A stretch of DNA of 63,379 nucleotides, filler included, from Octopus bimaculoides (GCF_001194135.2; 5 parts of 5 records of this genome joined end to end with filler, not necessarily neighbours in it); one strand, 5' to 3'; shown: positions 1-12,727, numbered from the whole stretch's first letter. Notes: generated from the letters alone by a model not told the origin. A program made the numbers and translations.

Positions 1-771
1 TTTCAAATTCACTTGCCTCAACAGGTCTTCGCAAACAGGGTTTTTAGTGTCCAATGAAGTAAAGATATGAATAAGTGAGCTGGTTACACTTCTGGCAGAG
101 ATCACAGATTATGCTCTCACTTAGCTTGCTGGATCTTCTCACGCACAGCATATTTCCAAAGGTCGCGATCACTAGTCATTGCCTCGGTGAGGCTTAAATT
201 TCAATTGTCGTGCTTCACCACCTCATCCAAGCCTTCCTGGGTCTACTTCTTCCACAGGTTCCCTCAACTATCCTCAGCTATCCTCATCCAACTTCCACAG
301 CTATCCTCATCCATTTTCGCTACATGACCATACCAGCACAATCGTCTCTCTTGCACACCACAACTGATGCTTCTTAGGTCTACCATTTCTCTCAAGATAC
401 TTACACTCTGTTGAGTATGCACAATGACATTACACATCCATTGGAGCATACTGGCTTCATTTCTTGTGAGCTTACACATGTCCTCAGCAGACACGGCCCA
501 TGTTTCACTTCCATGTAGCATGGCGGTTCATACACATGCGTCATATAGTCTGCCTTTTACTCTGAGTGAGAGGCCCTTTGTCATCAGCAGAGGTAAGAGC
601 TCTCTGAACTCTGCCCAGGCTATTCTTATTCTAGCAGCTACACTTTCAGTGCACCCTCTCCCGCTACAATCTTGGTCACCTAGGTAGCGGAAGCTATCAA
701 CTACTAGTTTTTCTCCCTGGAGTGTGGCAAAGGTTGTTTTCTGCACATTTTCAGTGTTTATTGCTCCTAGT
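1..771 (-). mobile_element. RTE-clade LINE 3' fragment (ORF2 C-terminus plus part of the 3' UTR), decayed
   Basis: Minus-strand ORFs give VVDSFRYLGD...RIRIAWAEFRELLPLL and LHGSETW...RRLCWYGHV. Colinear with copies at 4607-5888 and 28266-29885. Confidence 0.85.
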
Positions 772-853
772 TAAAAAAGTAAATAAAGTTGAAAAAGGCA
801 CAAAATTATATTTCAGAGAATGTTTAATATTTTCGTTACAGTAAGTGATTTAA

Positions 854-892
854 AATATAACCAGTTTCGATGTATCCGTCTCATCAAATATT
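854..892 (-). ncRNA. Degenerate minimal type-I hammerhead ribozyme-like motif
   Basis: Minus strand reads AATAT-[T]TGATGA-GACG-GATA-CATC-GAAA-CTGG-TT-ATATT. Stem I is AATAT/ATATT, stem II pairs 3 of 4, stem III is the near-palindrome ACTGGT. Core C3 is replaced by U. Confidence 0.45.
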
Positions 893-2055
893 AAAAAAAA
901 TTTTTTAGGAAGTCAAAGAGAAAAATATTGGGGGTTAACACTTTGTACCCATGTTTTAGTGCATAGTGAAATTTTACTTCAGAGTCACTCCTTATATACG
1001 TTTTGTCTATGAAGGTCTGAGGTGGGGTTCAAGAGTCCAAGTTTCAGGAATTCAATTGAAAAGAAGCCTTTTGAAATTGATAGTTGCTATTCAGAATATG
1101 GCCAGCTGTGTGTTTGTGTGTATGAGTATGTTTTTGGAATATATTGTCAAAATATATTGTCATCATCATTTAAGTGTGTGTTGTGGGTGCTTATTTATTG
1201 ATTTGTATTACTTTTATGTATGTTTGTTGTTTTGATTTTTATCATTAAACATTTGAAATGCATCTCTTTTTCACTTTTAATTAATTAATTGATTTGCTTT
1301 CAAAATTCACAAAATGAACAATCCATTAAAACCTACTTCTTTATNNNNNNNNNNNNNNNNNNNNNNNNNNNNNNNNNNNNNNNNNNNNNNNNNNNNNNNN
1401 NNNNNNNNNNNNNNNNNNNNNNNNNNNNNNNNNNNNNNNNNNNNNNNNTATATATATATATATATCTTCATTCACAAACACACACACACATATGTATGTA
1501 TATGTGCATGTATGTATGTGTGCATGTATGTATGTATAAGGTCTATAAAAAATAAGACCTTTCAAGGGTTGGAAGAGCTCATGAGCAATCAACAGCCATC
1601 CAACAAAATGCGTACACGTGTATGTATGTATGCTCTGGGACATGAAAATATCTGGGTTAGTGTCCAGGTGTGTGGTTGGCCCAGTGGGAGGTGGAGGCCC
1701 CTTTGTTGTTGTCACAACATCTCTCTAGAGGTAAACTCTGAGCGAAAACCTGCAACACTGACAATATTCAATGATGTAGACTAATTCTTCCTTTTGAGTT
1801 TATGTTGTCTATGTTCAGAGGGTGGGATTGGATTTGTCCAAATCCATTTCCTACTATAACAAATCATCATATACAGGCACTGCTTGAAAAGAACTAAGAC
1901 CTATCACAAAAATGGCTAATCATAGCCTTTGCATGTGTGGGACTTTTGATCAGGCAAGGGCAGTATTTGAAAACAACTTTGCAGCCATCATGCATATATG
2001 TATGTAATAAAATGTGGCTGATCATGCTCCCTCACCCATCAGTTACCAACCAAAA

Positions 2056-2107
<52 letters not shown>

Positions 2108-2169
2108 CAGTCCACCACAACAGAATCCAGATCTTAAAAACAAGTTGTCATATAAAAAACATTGGTGTA

Positions 2170-2355
2170 AATGCTGGTACCACATAAAAAATCATTAGTG
2201 ATCATTGGTATTAGGAAGGGCATCCAGCCATAGAAACCAAGCCAAAGAGATTATGAAACTTTGTGTGTCCCCCTGGCCTTGCCAGTTCATGTTAAGCTGT
2301 CCAACTTATGTCAGCATGGAAAAACAGACATTAAATGTTGATAATGAAGATGATA
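2170..2355 (+). repeat. Isolated RTE 3'-UTR/tail fragment
   Basis: ttaggaagggcatccagc...ccaacttatgtcagcatggaaaaacagacattaaatg...gatgat matches the reverse complement of the RTE tails at 4607-4660 and 28266-28420. Confidence 0.65.
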
Positions 2356-4371
2356 TATCTATATATAGACTATATGTGAAGTTTTTGTCAAATGCCGCAA
2401 TGTAATACGCATGTACTGTCAGTGCTCAGTTTAGTTTACTACTAAACCTCTAACTTGAACTGCAACTGAAATATGTGATGTTGAGACTGCCTATCAAAGG
2501 TGGCTTGAAGTGATTTCTCCTTGAACAGATGGATATATCTTGAAATAAAAAATGGAAAAGCAAAACATTTGGCAACACTTGAAAAAAACCCATTTAATTT
2601 AGAAAGAGAATGTTGACAAATAGAGTCTCTTACAGCTGTTTCTAGAAAAGCCAAGTGTGTGAATCATGATATTAAGTAAGGATTCCGTAATCTGAATATT
2701 CCATCATCAGAGCGGGAGAAGTTGGAGAAAAGTAAAAATGAAGAAATATCTCCAATCAAAGATATTAGAATATTCTAATTTATCAAAAATGAAATAAGGA
2801 TCAGAGTAAAATAGTTATATGTTATGCAGTTTCATGATCAAATAAATAATCCATGGCAAGGAATAGTGGAAGTTACCAGTTCCATTTTTGAATGGAGAGT
2901 GAATGAAGGTTGAGTAAGAATAATTTACTATAATGTGGGGGAAAGACAGAATGATAGATATACTAAGGTATGTATATATATACTAGTCTGTATAGTGGGG
3001 GTATGTTTGTGGAAACAGGTCAGGAGCTGCATATCATAGACAGATAGATAAAGGGATGAGGAATAGCAGGTGTCAGATACTTTCATCCTGTAGCTGACTA
3101 CCAGCGCTGGGCAGAGTTCTAGGGTGACAAGAGTTGGAGGGAAGGGATTAGGATAGTAATATAATGGTTGTAAAAGATAATGAAGATCTTGAATTAGAGT
3201 GAGCATGATAATACTAGAGGTGAGGGAAGATTCAGGGCTCATCTCGTTATAATGGTACTAGTAATAGATGACCAAAACATTAATTAAAATATTAAAATTT
3301 GTAGTGTTAATGAACGTGTTTACTTGTTGGGAATTGAAAAATAAAAACAAGAATTTAAAGATGACCAAATATAAGAAATGTAAAAAGTTCAGTGAAATTA
3401 TAGTCTCCCGGAATGAAGGAAATATAGTGTTAATTAATGGACGATGGAAACGAGATATCATATAAGTAAAGTAGAGATAAAGATCTTGAAAGTTAAATTT
3501 ATTGTATACATTTTATTACTCAGTGTATAACTGCAAACCATGAAAAGAGAAGTCTTATTGATGTAATATTAATCATGAGAGTGTTGTAGCTGAAAGGATA
3601 TTCGATTAGTTATAATCTAGGTGGGATGTGTTAAATATGAATTGATGGAAAGAATGAGATTCTTTACGATAGAGGATAAAAGAATATGATGATACTGTAG
3701 GTATACTAATTTTCTGTTAGAATTTCTGATCTGTCCACAACAGAGGAAATATTCAATAACCATGCCACCTATTATAATCAAGCACTTACCACAAGTGGTT
3801 TCTAAGAAAAAGTAAAATTCTTGACTAATACTAAGCTTAAGAACTATTTAGCTCAATTACATCCTAATTCTACACACCCCAAAACCACAAAAATGACATT
3901 TCCAACAGTAGATCGGAACATTCCACCTAGTGTTCCGAATCTTAAAAAGCAACATATCCAATACCCCCAAAATATTCATACAAAATGTAATTCAACAGAA
4001 AGAGCTGTGTCCCTGATACCCACTAGGAAACTAAACTCAGCCCGCCCCAGATTACCTAATAAAAGTGGAGGGAAAACACTACTTTGGTATACTCCCTACC
4101 TTCTTAAATGTTAAGGGCTTACCTACCTGAGCAATTCTCTGCCATTATCAAATCTAATTTCCCACCCCACCAAAAGTACCATGCTATCTTTAATTGATCT
4201 ACCCTTAGATTATCTTATTCCTCTGTACTTAATATTGAATCCATCATAGCCACATCAAATAAGCACAAGCTTAATAGTCATTAACTGCCAAATACTACTA
4301 ACAAGAATCATAAATAAAAGAATAATAGGGATAATTACAATAATAACAACAATAGTTATGATTATACTAGT

Positions 4372-4381
4372 AGTTGTTGTT

Positions 4382-4454
<73 letters not shown>

Positions 4455-4462
4455 CAGTAGTA
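4372..4462. repeat. (GTT)/(GTA)n microsatellite inside the PLE linker
   Basis: Direct inspection. Confidence 0.95.
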
Positions 4463-4606
4463 ATAATAATAATTACAACAGATATAATTATAATATTACT
4501 ATTAATCCTAATAACAGAAATGATAATAACAATTAGAATACAAACATTAATGAGAATACTACCAGCAGTGGTGCTACTACTAATACTAATAGCTGCTGTG
4601 ATGAGA

Positions 4607-5888
4607 GTCATCATCATCATCATCGTTTAACGTCCGTTTTCCATGCTGGCATGGGTTGGACGGTTTGACTGGGGACTGGCAAGCCAGGAGGCCACATTAG
4701 GCTCCACATTAGGCAGCACTGGCATTGGCTACGTTCAGATGGTGCTTTTTATGTGCCACTGGCACGGGAGCCAGTCAGAGTGGGAACACTGGCACCGACC
4801 ACATTTGGATGGTGCTTTTTATGTGCCATTGGCACAGGGAGCCAGTCAGGCAGCTCCAGCAGTGACCCACGCATGAATGGTGCTTATTGCAGGCCACTGA
4901 CACTGGTATCAGCCACAACTACAATTTCCATTTGATTGTGATTTGATTTGATTTTGATTTACTTGATGCAATAGGTCTCCTCAAGCACGACATGCCGCCT
5001 AATGATTCAAAGGTACTTTCTAAATGGGCTGGTTATGCGACACTGGTGTAGGCTACTGCTGTGATCTCACTTTCTTTGTCAGGTCTTCTCAGTCACAGCA
5101 TATCTCTCGTCATAGCCTCTGTGAGGCCCAATGTTCAAAGATCATGCTTCACCACCTCATCCCATGTCTTCCTGGGTCTCCCTCTTCCACGGGTTCCTTC
5201 CACTGTTAGGGAGTGACACTTCTTCATGCAGCTGTCCTCATCCATACACAGCACATGACCATACCAGTGCAGTCATCTTTCTTCCACACCACATCTGATG
5301 CTTCTTATGTCCAACATTTCTCTCAGGGCGCTTACAGTCTGTCGTGTGTGTACACTGACATTACACATCCAGCAGATCATACTAGCTTCATTTCTTTCAA
5401 GTCTACGCATGTCTTCAGCAGTCACAATCCATGTTTCACTGCCGTGTAACATGGCAGTTCACACACATGCATCGTACAATCTACCTTTCACTCTGAGCAA
5501 GAGGCTCTTTGTCACCAGTTGAAGTAAGAGCTTTCTGAACTTTGCCCAGGCTATTCTTACTCTAGTGGCAACGCTCTGAGCATCCACCCGCACGACAGAT
5601 ATGGTCACCTAGGTAGTGGAAGCTATCAACTACATCTAGTTTCTCCACTTGGCATGTGATGGAATCAGTTTTCTGAGCATCTGCGGTGTTTATTGCCCCT
5701 GTGCATCTGCCACACACAAAAGCTGTCTTCCTGGTTAACCTTCCTTTGATGTTGCTGCACCTCGTTATACATCCATAGCTTACACTGGGTACATCTTATG
5801 GAGTTTCTACCTACACGTTTTCTACAGATAGTGCAGGACCATCTACCTGAAGGGGTTTGTGATATGTTCGCCTTCCTACTTACAAGCA
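4607..5888 (-). mobile_element. RTE-clade LINE, 5'-truncated, with full 3' UTR and (ATG)n tail
   Basis: (CAT)n at 4607-4624 is the minus-strand (ATG)n tail. ORF SGRWSCTICRKRVGRNSIRCTQCKLW. Colinear with 28266-29885. Confidence 0.88.
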
Positions 5889-6056
5889 AATATGTGGTAT
5901 TGAGCAGAATATTTGCTGTAGCCCATCTTTTATACACACAAAACAATGTTCATGATAACACTTCCAATCATTTAAGATCAGAAGCCATGAGAGCCAGTGA
6001 CTGGTACTGTATCAGGGCAGTTTTATTATTACTATTACTATTATTATTATTATTAT

Positions 6057-6088
<32 letters not shown>

Positions 6089-6214
6089 ACAACATCAATA
6101 GTACCAATTATGATAATACCACAAACCGCTAGAATAACACTGCACTTACTCTCTCCCATGAGTCAGGAACATCTATGCTTTCAATTTCCAATACCTACAA
6201 TAACAGCACAAATG

Positions 6215-6570
6215 ACTGCAGGAGGTTTAATGTGGTTTATAAGTGCATGGTCCTTAATAAACTCCAAAACTCTACCAAGATTTATATTGGAGATACTATT
6301 AATCTTAAACAAACATACTCTGTGCATTTAAACTCATTTAAATATGAAAAGCATAGCAGATCTACTTCTCTCACAGAGCATATACACTACCTAAGGAAAA
6401 AGAACATACTAAATAACATAGCTTGGTTTATCATTGACTCAGGTTATCTATACCAAGGACTGGTTATGTTTAAGGGAATCTATACAAACACATATCACAT
6501 AACCCCAAATAATTATTAAACAAGCAACATGAAGACTTCTCTGAATGTGTCCATAATTTCTTTAAATCAT
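6215..6570 (+). pseudogene. GIY-YIG endonuclease remnant of PLE copy 1
   Basis: FNVVYKCMV...KIYIGDT...STSLTEHIHYLRKKNI...IAWFII, then frameshifted LCLRES...LLNKQHEDFSECVHN, matching the PLE endonuclease C-terminal pattern. Confidence 0.8.
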
Positions 6571-7171
6571 TCAAATTTTACTATAGGTTTAATTGCAATA
6601 AAACTTCTCACTAATGCATAGTTTAGACATTATATGAACTCAATTAATTAAATGAGTATATCTACAGTAATATCATATCCTTTTATCCTTTATTTTATAG
6701 ATCCTCATTCTTTCCATTAATTCATATTTAATGTGTCCCACCTAGATTATAACTAACTGAATATCCTTTAGCTGTTACAGCACTCTCGTTATTAAAAGAG
6801 CACCAATCAGCCTTCTCTTCTCATGGTTTGGAGTTATATACTGAGTAATGAAATATATATAATTAATTTAACTTTCCAGATCTTTATCTCTAACTTACTT
6901 ATACGATATGTTTTTCATTGTCCATTATCACTATATTTCTCTCATCCCTGGGTGCTATAATTTCTCTAAACTTAAACTTAATAAATAAATGCTACATATT
7001 TATTTTTAATTTGTCATCTTTAAGTTTTTTTTTTATATTCTTCAATTCCCAACTAGTATCATTAGTTCTACAAATTAAAAGATTTTAATTAATGTTATAG
7101 GCATCTATTTCTAGCACCATTATAACCAAATGAGCCCTAAATCTCCCCTCATCTCTAGTAGTATCAGGTTC

Positions 7172-7379
7172 ACTATACTCTTTTACTTGTTTCAGTCATT
7201 TGACTGTGGCCATGCTGGAGCACCGCCTTTAGTGAAGCAAATCGACCCTAGGACTTATTCTTTGTAAGCCTAGTACTTATTCTATCGGTCTCTTTTTGCT
7301 GAACCGCTAAGTTACGGGGAACGTAAACACACCACCATCGGTTGTCAAGCGATGGTGGGGGACAAACACAGACACACAA

Positions 7380-7456
<77 letters not shown>

Positions 7457-7621
7457 TACGATGGGCTTCTTTCAGTTTCCATCTACCAAATCCACTCACA
7501 AGGCTTTGGTCGGCCCGAGGCTATAGTAGAAGATACTTGCCCAAGGTGCCACACAGTGGGACTAAACCCGGAACCATGTGGTTGGTAAGCAAGCTACTTA
7601 CCACACAGTCACTCCTGTGCC
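7172..7621 (-). mobile_element. tRNA-headed SINE family C with internal (TA)n microsatellite
   Basis: Minus strand has A-box-like TGACTGTGTGG, B-box-like GGGTTTAGTCCC, a CORE-like 'caccttgggcaagt' segment and a central (TA)n at ~7390-7455. Many copies in the window. Confidence 0.85.
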
Positions 7622-8579
7622 TATAATTCGAGATCTTCATTATCTTTTACACTCTCTATATTACCAAGACAGCAGTAATGGTGACAAGAACAGCACTGGT
7701 AATAGTAGTGGCAGTGGCAGCACATCAGGCAGCAAAGACAACAATACAAATAGTTACAATGGCAGCAGTAACACCAATATTGTGGCTGGAAATGTCTGCT
7801 ATGCCAGAAACAATGGAACCATCAGGATCACACCCAGCACTGGCAGTGACTCCAACAACACTTGCAGCAACAACAACAACATCAGGCCCAGAGTTAATGA
7901 AAGAATCATCAGCAGTGGTAGCACATCTAATAGACAGACATGAAAATATTTTGGTTCAACGAGGCACTCTTTTTGGCCACATCTGAACAACCACAGGTCC
8001 CCTTTTAGGATACTGGAAATGTGCAACACCATGTCCCCTGGCCAGCTACATATAACACTTAAATGAGGAAGGAACTCCATGTATAATTAAAAGAAGCTCC
8101 TTCAAAAACCGGGGACTTATATAAATGGGAGCAAACAATGTAAGCTTGATTGGCAGAGAAAGCAAGAATCCTAAAAATCTCAAGATTTATTTGATCCTAA
8201 AAATCTCAAGATTAATTTGAAGCAATATAATGAGATTTGGTAAAGGAAATCTTAAATCAAGATGTTAGCTGACAATTAAAGGGGCAAGACTCTAGTAAAC
8301 CAATGATGATGATACAGGGGTTAAATATTTTAAACAATATTGCCATATTGTGTAAAGTTAAAATTTAGGGTTATTCAGAAGATTATTAAGAATAATATTA
8401 TAACAAAAGGATGAACATTTTTTGAATACTTTTGAGTATAAACCAAATTTTACCATAATAGAGGGAGGAAAAGAAATTACATTGAAATAGTTTAATATTT
8501 ATGCCTATTATATACTTAAATACTAACTTATTAGATGGTATCTATGAAGATTGATCATTGGTATTTACTGGTATTTAAT

Positions 8580-9435
8580 AAAGGAGTACTGAGGCCATAT
8601 TGAGGGTCAATCTGAAGGTGGACTTTGTCAGTGTAAAATCGCAGGAATCTTTGGGATCCCACTTTCTACAGTTAATAGAGTAATTGTGCAATTCACCAGA
8701 GTGAGGAAGAAGTCCACATCACCTCACTCAGATCAACCAGGGTCCTCTGACTGGATCCTTCGGTTTGTTAAGAAAAGTGTGGAGGATGATCCTTGTTGCA
8801 AGGCCTCTGACATAGCAGAACAAGTTGATGTCACTCCCAGAACAGCTGCTAGGTATCTCCACAAACATGGCTACTATGTCAGAACAGCAAGAAGGAAGCC
8901 ACTTCTTCAGCCAGCCGATATCAAGCAGAGAATGACTGGGGCAGTGAAATGGTGGTGAGGCCACTAGCATTTTGGGACACTGTCATATTCTCTGATGAGT
9001 CCAGGTTTGCTGTATTTTCTGACAGTGGTCAAGTGTGGGTCTGGAGATTCAGTGATCAAGAATTTGATGTGAAATGATTGCAGCCAACAATGAAACACAG
9101 CAGCTATTCTGTGGTGGTCTGGGGAGCAATTTGGAGCTATGGTCAATCAGAGCTAGTGGAATGTGAGGGAAACATAAACTCAGATAAATATGTGTCTATA
9201 TTGCAGAAAAGATTCCTTCCAATTTTCTCCAGTAGTGAAATGATTAAAGAAGACTCTTTATCTATGTAAGATGGGGCTCCTTGTCACATGGCAAAAAAGA
9301 CCCAAGATTGATTGGAAGAGACTAGCATTAAAAAGCTTCCATGGCCAAGGCAGTAACCAGATATGAACCCTATTGAACACTTCTGGGGCATAATGGACAG
9401 AACACTTTGTAAAATGAACAAGGAAGCATCCTCAA
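8580..9435 (+). pseudogene. Tc1-like DD34E transposase pseudogene
   Basis: [61 protein letters not shown], with stops and frameshifts. Homologous to 46534-47499. Confidence 0.9.
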
Positions 9436-10249
9436 AGGGTATGTCGACTAAGTATTAGATATTTACATTACAATGAGTAATAAATAATTTGAATGTATAA
9501 TTTCAAATTTGAATAAATTTTAACGATTATAAGAGTGTCTATTTACTTCTGTCGCACACACACATATATATATGTATACATGTTTGTGTGTGTGTATGCG
9601 CGCATATATATTTGTGGTGACACCGGCACTTGCGCTGTTTGGGCTTAGCTCGAGTATAAATTTAGTAAAGTGAACGTGTATTTGTAAGCTAATTCAATTT
9701 CTGCCAACACTGACTTCATGTAATTACAGCAAATAACTCGGGCTCCTTTTATTGAACCTGTTCGCAGTTAATTTATTTTCGTTTAGTATCTGATAGCTAT
9801 CTTAGAGGTCCCCTTTGTCAAAAAATATCATTCATAACAGATGTTCTCTTGACATCATTCCCACGTACCTGACTTGGAAATCACAGCCCGAGTTGTTATC
9901 TATAATCGTAAAAATTAAAAATAATTCAAATTCAATGTTTTCTAGAAACAATAAACTTCTATAGAGATTAGGATTTAAATTCCAATCTATGAAAAGTTTC
10001 ACTTCTACAATATTCTGAAAGGAACGAAAAATTATCCAGTAACTCAGGTAATACAAACGAGCCTGGTAAGTGTAAAAAACTAACGGGCATCTTTTGTCAA
10101 GTGTACAGGTAATGTTTGTTGTGCACTCGGCTGTCGTTATTTGTTATTAATCTGTGCGTTTGTGGTGCACTCATGTTTGTTGTGTTCGTATGTGTGTAAA
10201 GATCATCTGTGTTTTGCAGGGTTGCTTTATTTTTACCCTTAACTTAGAA

Positions 10250-10650
10250 ATGAAGAAAAACATAGGGCTAGATATATGAAATAAGCCATTTGGGGCTGGA
10301 AATATTGTGGAAAAACATGAAATTCTTCAAACAGGCAGACCGACTCCTTCATTAAAAACTAAAATGGGAACTCGAACATTCCAGATAAAATGGTATAAAC
10401 AGATTGATTGAGTTTGTGCAGTTAGCGGCACAGAGAAACTCTACTACTGGCCATGTTTGTTGTTTCAACCAAAAGCTAATCAGTCATGGACAGATGGAGA
10501 CTATAGCAATTATAAAAACATCCTGAGTGACTGTAAGCATCACAGTAAATCAGTGAGGCATTTAAGTAGTTATAAAAGCTTGAAAACTTTTGGACTGTAC
10601 GATATTGTGACAATTATTAGTGAGTTTGCTAAACTGAAAAAAAAAAAAAC
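10250..10650 (+). pseudogene. hAT-like transposase N-terminal remnant (TTF-type zinc-finger region)
   Basis: Manual translation gives KPF...EKHEILQTGRPTPSL...RTFQIKWYKQID*VCAVSGTEKLYYWPCLLF...WTDGDYSNYKN...H...H, resembling ZMYM1-like/hAT ZnF-TTF. In-frame stops are present. Confidence 0.65.
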
Positions 10651-11158
10651 AGCATAACAAAACAGCTGAAGAAAATAGACTATATTTAAAGTAGTTAACA
10701 AATGCAGTGTTATACCTGTCTAAACAACAGAAATTTAATAAATAACAATTGGATAAATTTTCAATTACTAACTCTTTTGCATTTAAACAGGCCATACCTG
10801 GCCCAAATATTCTACTCATTTTATGTTCATGATAGCCAGATCTGGCCTCTTACACCTACCCTAAAAGCCATTCTAAAAATAAGCAATCACATCATCAAAA
10901 TCTTGAAGGTACAAGATAATGAATGATTAATTCAAAACAATGTGAATAAATCTACATCACATTTGACAGGGTAATCTGAATGCTAAGTGGGGTTTAAAAA
11001 AAATGTTTTTATTGCTTTAATCTCAATAAAACATTAAAACAATTTATATAAAACTTTCCTCTCATATTTAATTTTCTTTGGATCCACTCTTCCAAAGTAT
11101 TTTCAATAATAAAAGCTTATTTTCAAGACTATATCAAATATATAGAATATATGTCAGA

Positions 11159-11470
11159 GGCACATGGCTCAGTGGTTAGAGCGTCAGGCACACAATCATG
11201 AGATAGTGGGTTCGATTCCTGGACCAGGCTGTGTGTTGTGTTCTTGAGCAGGACACTTTATTTCATGTTACTCCAGTTCACTCAGCTTTAGAAATGATTT
11301 GGGACATCACTAGTACCGTGCTGTATCGGCATTTGCCTTTCCCTTGGATAACCTAGGTGGCATGGGCAAATGCTAGTTTTCCTTAAACATTCTTGCTCAG
11401 ACTTATGCTTAGTAGAGGAACTTTGTAGGTGCAATCCCGTGGTCATTCCTGATCAAAGGGGGTCTTTACC
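11159..11470 (+). mobile_element. tRNA-headed SINE family B
   Basis: A box TGGCTCAGTGG, B box GGTTCGATTCC, 'gttcttgagcaggacactttatttca' core. Homologous to 16025-16364 and 45478-45806. Confidence 0.85.
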
Positions 11471-11614
11471 CTTTTATGGCACAAAAGTGCATTTATTAAA
11501 TATTATTTTCAGCTTTATTTGTTTTAAAACTGCTCTCATTTTTTATGGCACTTATATACTAGGATGTTTAATATATACATATATATTTATGTATGAATGC
11601 TCTGGCTATACGTG

Positions 11615-11649
<35 letters not shown>

Positions 11650-11994
11650 TACACAATGTATTTTGCTTCTTTTTTGGGGGGTGGGGGGTCTTTTGTGTTC
11701 TGATGCAAGATGTCTTGTGTTGATATCCAGCCAATGCATGACATTAAGATTTTGAGTCAATACAGCCAGAAATAACTTCCGAGACTCACTCAAATCATAC
11801 ACTAATAGATGGGTTGAAAATTGACAAGACGAAAGATAGGAATAAATAAAATAACATTAGCTCTCACTTGCAGATATTGAAACTTGGACAGTTTTGGTAT
11901 TGCCTTGAAAATTAATTGCATTGTTTGAGGTTTATGGTTATAGTTAGGATTTCTCATAGTTCTAGGTAGACCACCAATGCACACACACTCAAAT

Positions 11995-12378
11995 AATAAT
12001 AATAATAATAATACTCCTTTAAAGGCACAAGGCCTGAAATTTTAGGGGAGGGGACTAGTCGGTTTCATCATCCCCAGTGTTTCACTGGTACTTAATTTAT
12101 TAACCCTGAAAGAATGAAAGGCAAAATTGACCTTGGTGAAATAATAATAATAATAATAATAACCCATTCTACTATAGGACCAAGGCCTGAAATTTGGCGG
12201 AGGGGGATAGTCATTTACATCAGCTGCAGTACTCAACTGGTACTTATTTTATTGACCCTGAAAAGATGAAAGACAAAGTCGACTTTGGCAAAATTTGAAC
12301 TCATAATGTGAAGACAAACAAAATACCACTAAGCATTTTGCCCAGCATGCTAACGATTCTGTCAGCTCACCACCTTAA
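11995..12378 (-). mobile_element. Two tandem SINE family A copies (a 3' half and a near full-length copy) separated by (AAT)n
   Basis: Repeated 'aggcctgaaatt...ctggtactta...gaaaggcaaa(gtcgac)' blocks. Reverse complement of 15616-15848. Confidence 0.8.
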
Positions 12379-12404
12379 TAGTAATAAGAGCACTCAGGGA
12401 GTGC

Positions 12405-12727
12405 AAACCTCTGCCAAGGCAAAGTTTAGCCACAGATGATTTTTAAAATGAGAATGTCTGAAATAAACTCGACTATTCTCATAAACAAGAATACTAAAAA
12501 TGAACCCAACCACTCTCAAAAATTAAGTAAAAAAACAGGAAAAATAATTCAGAAACATTGTCTGGTACCAGATCAATCCCAAAATCTAATCAGTTCATGC
12601 CAGTCACGAGGCCAAACATCCCTGAAAGTTTCATCTGAATCCATCCAGTGGTTCTTGAGATATCTTGTCCACGGACAAACAGACATGACTGAAACAATAC
12701 CTCCACCTTCACTGAGGAGGTTATAAT
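12405..12727. mobile_element. Possible non-autonomous Helitron/Helentron-associated (HINE-like) element
   Basis: acctctgccaagg near the left end, terminal hairpin cctcc-accttcactga-ggagg, and 'aaagtttcatctgaatccatccagtggttcttgagatatc...ggacaaacagac', which is typical of this class from my recollection. Confidence 0.4.

Larger units (their letters stand above)
2920..7660 (+). mobile_element. Penelope-like element copy 1: inverted 3'-UTR piece followed by a 5'-truncated sense body; contains RTE and SINE insertions
   Basis: Sense body from ~3706: RISDLSTTEEIFNNHATYYNQALTTSGF (thumb), WYTP...FSAIIKSNFPPHQKYHAIFN*STLRLSYS (PLE linker), trinucleotide-rich stretch, GIY-YIG, then 3' UTR. 2920-3705 is a reverse-complement copy of ~6655-7660. 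Confidence 0.75.

Noticed and set aside
2670-2715. CTGATGA on the minus strand beyond the inverted arm of PLE copy 1
   Set aside because: The position is suggestive, but there is no GAAA or stem I/III pairing; too degraded to call a hammerhead.
6570-7150. FIDPHSFH-like reading suggesting an RT thumb downstream of GIY-YIG (permuted domain order)
   Set aside because: The true thumb and linker motifs lie upstream (3712-4290) and the endonuclease ends at ~6570. This region is 3' UTR and the match is coincidental.
7578-7986. Ser/Asn/Gly-rich ORFs as a host exon
   Set aside because: They begin inside a SINE, are low-complexity, lack splice support and adjoin PLE-like sequence.
8990-9005. CTGATGA motifs in Tc1/maT/RT sequence (also at ~33986 and ~59204)
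   Set aside because: They encode SDE residues of transposase/RT proteins and have no ribozyme stems.
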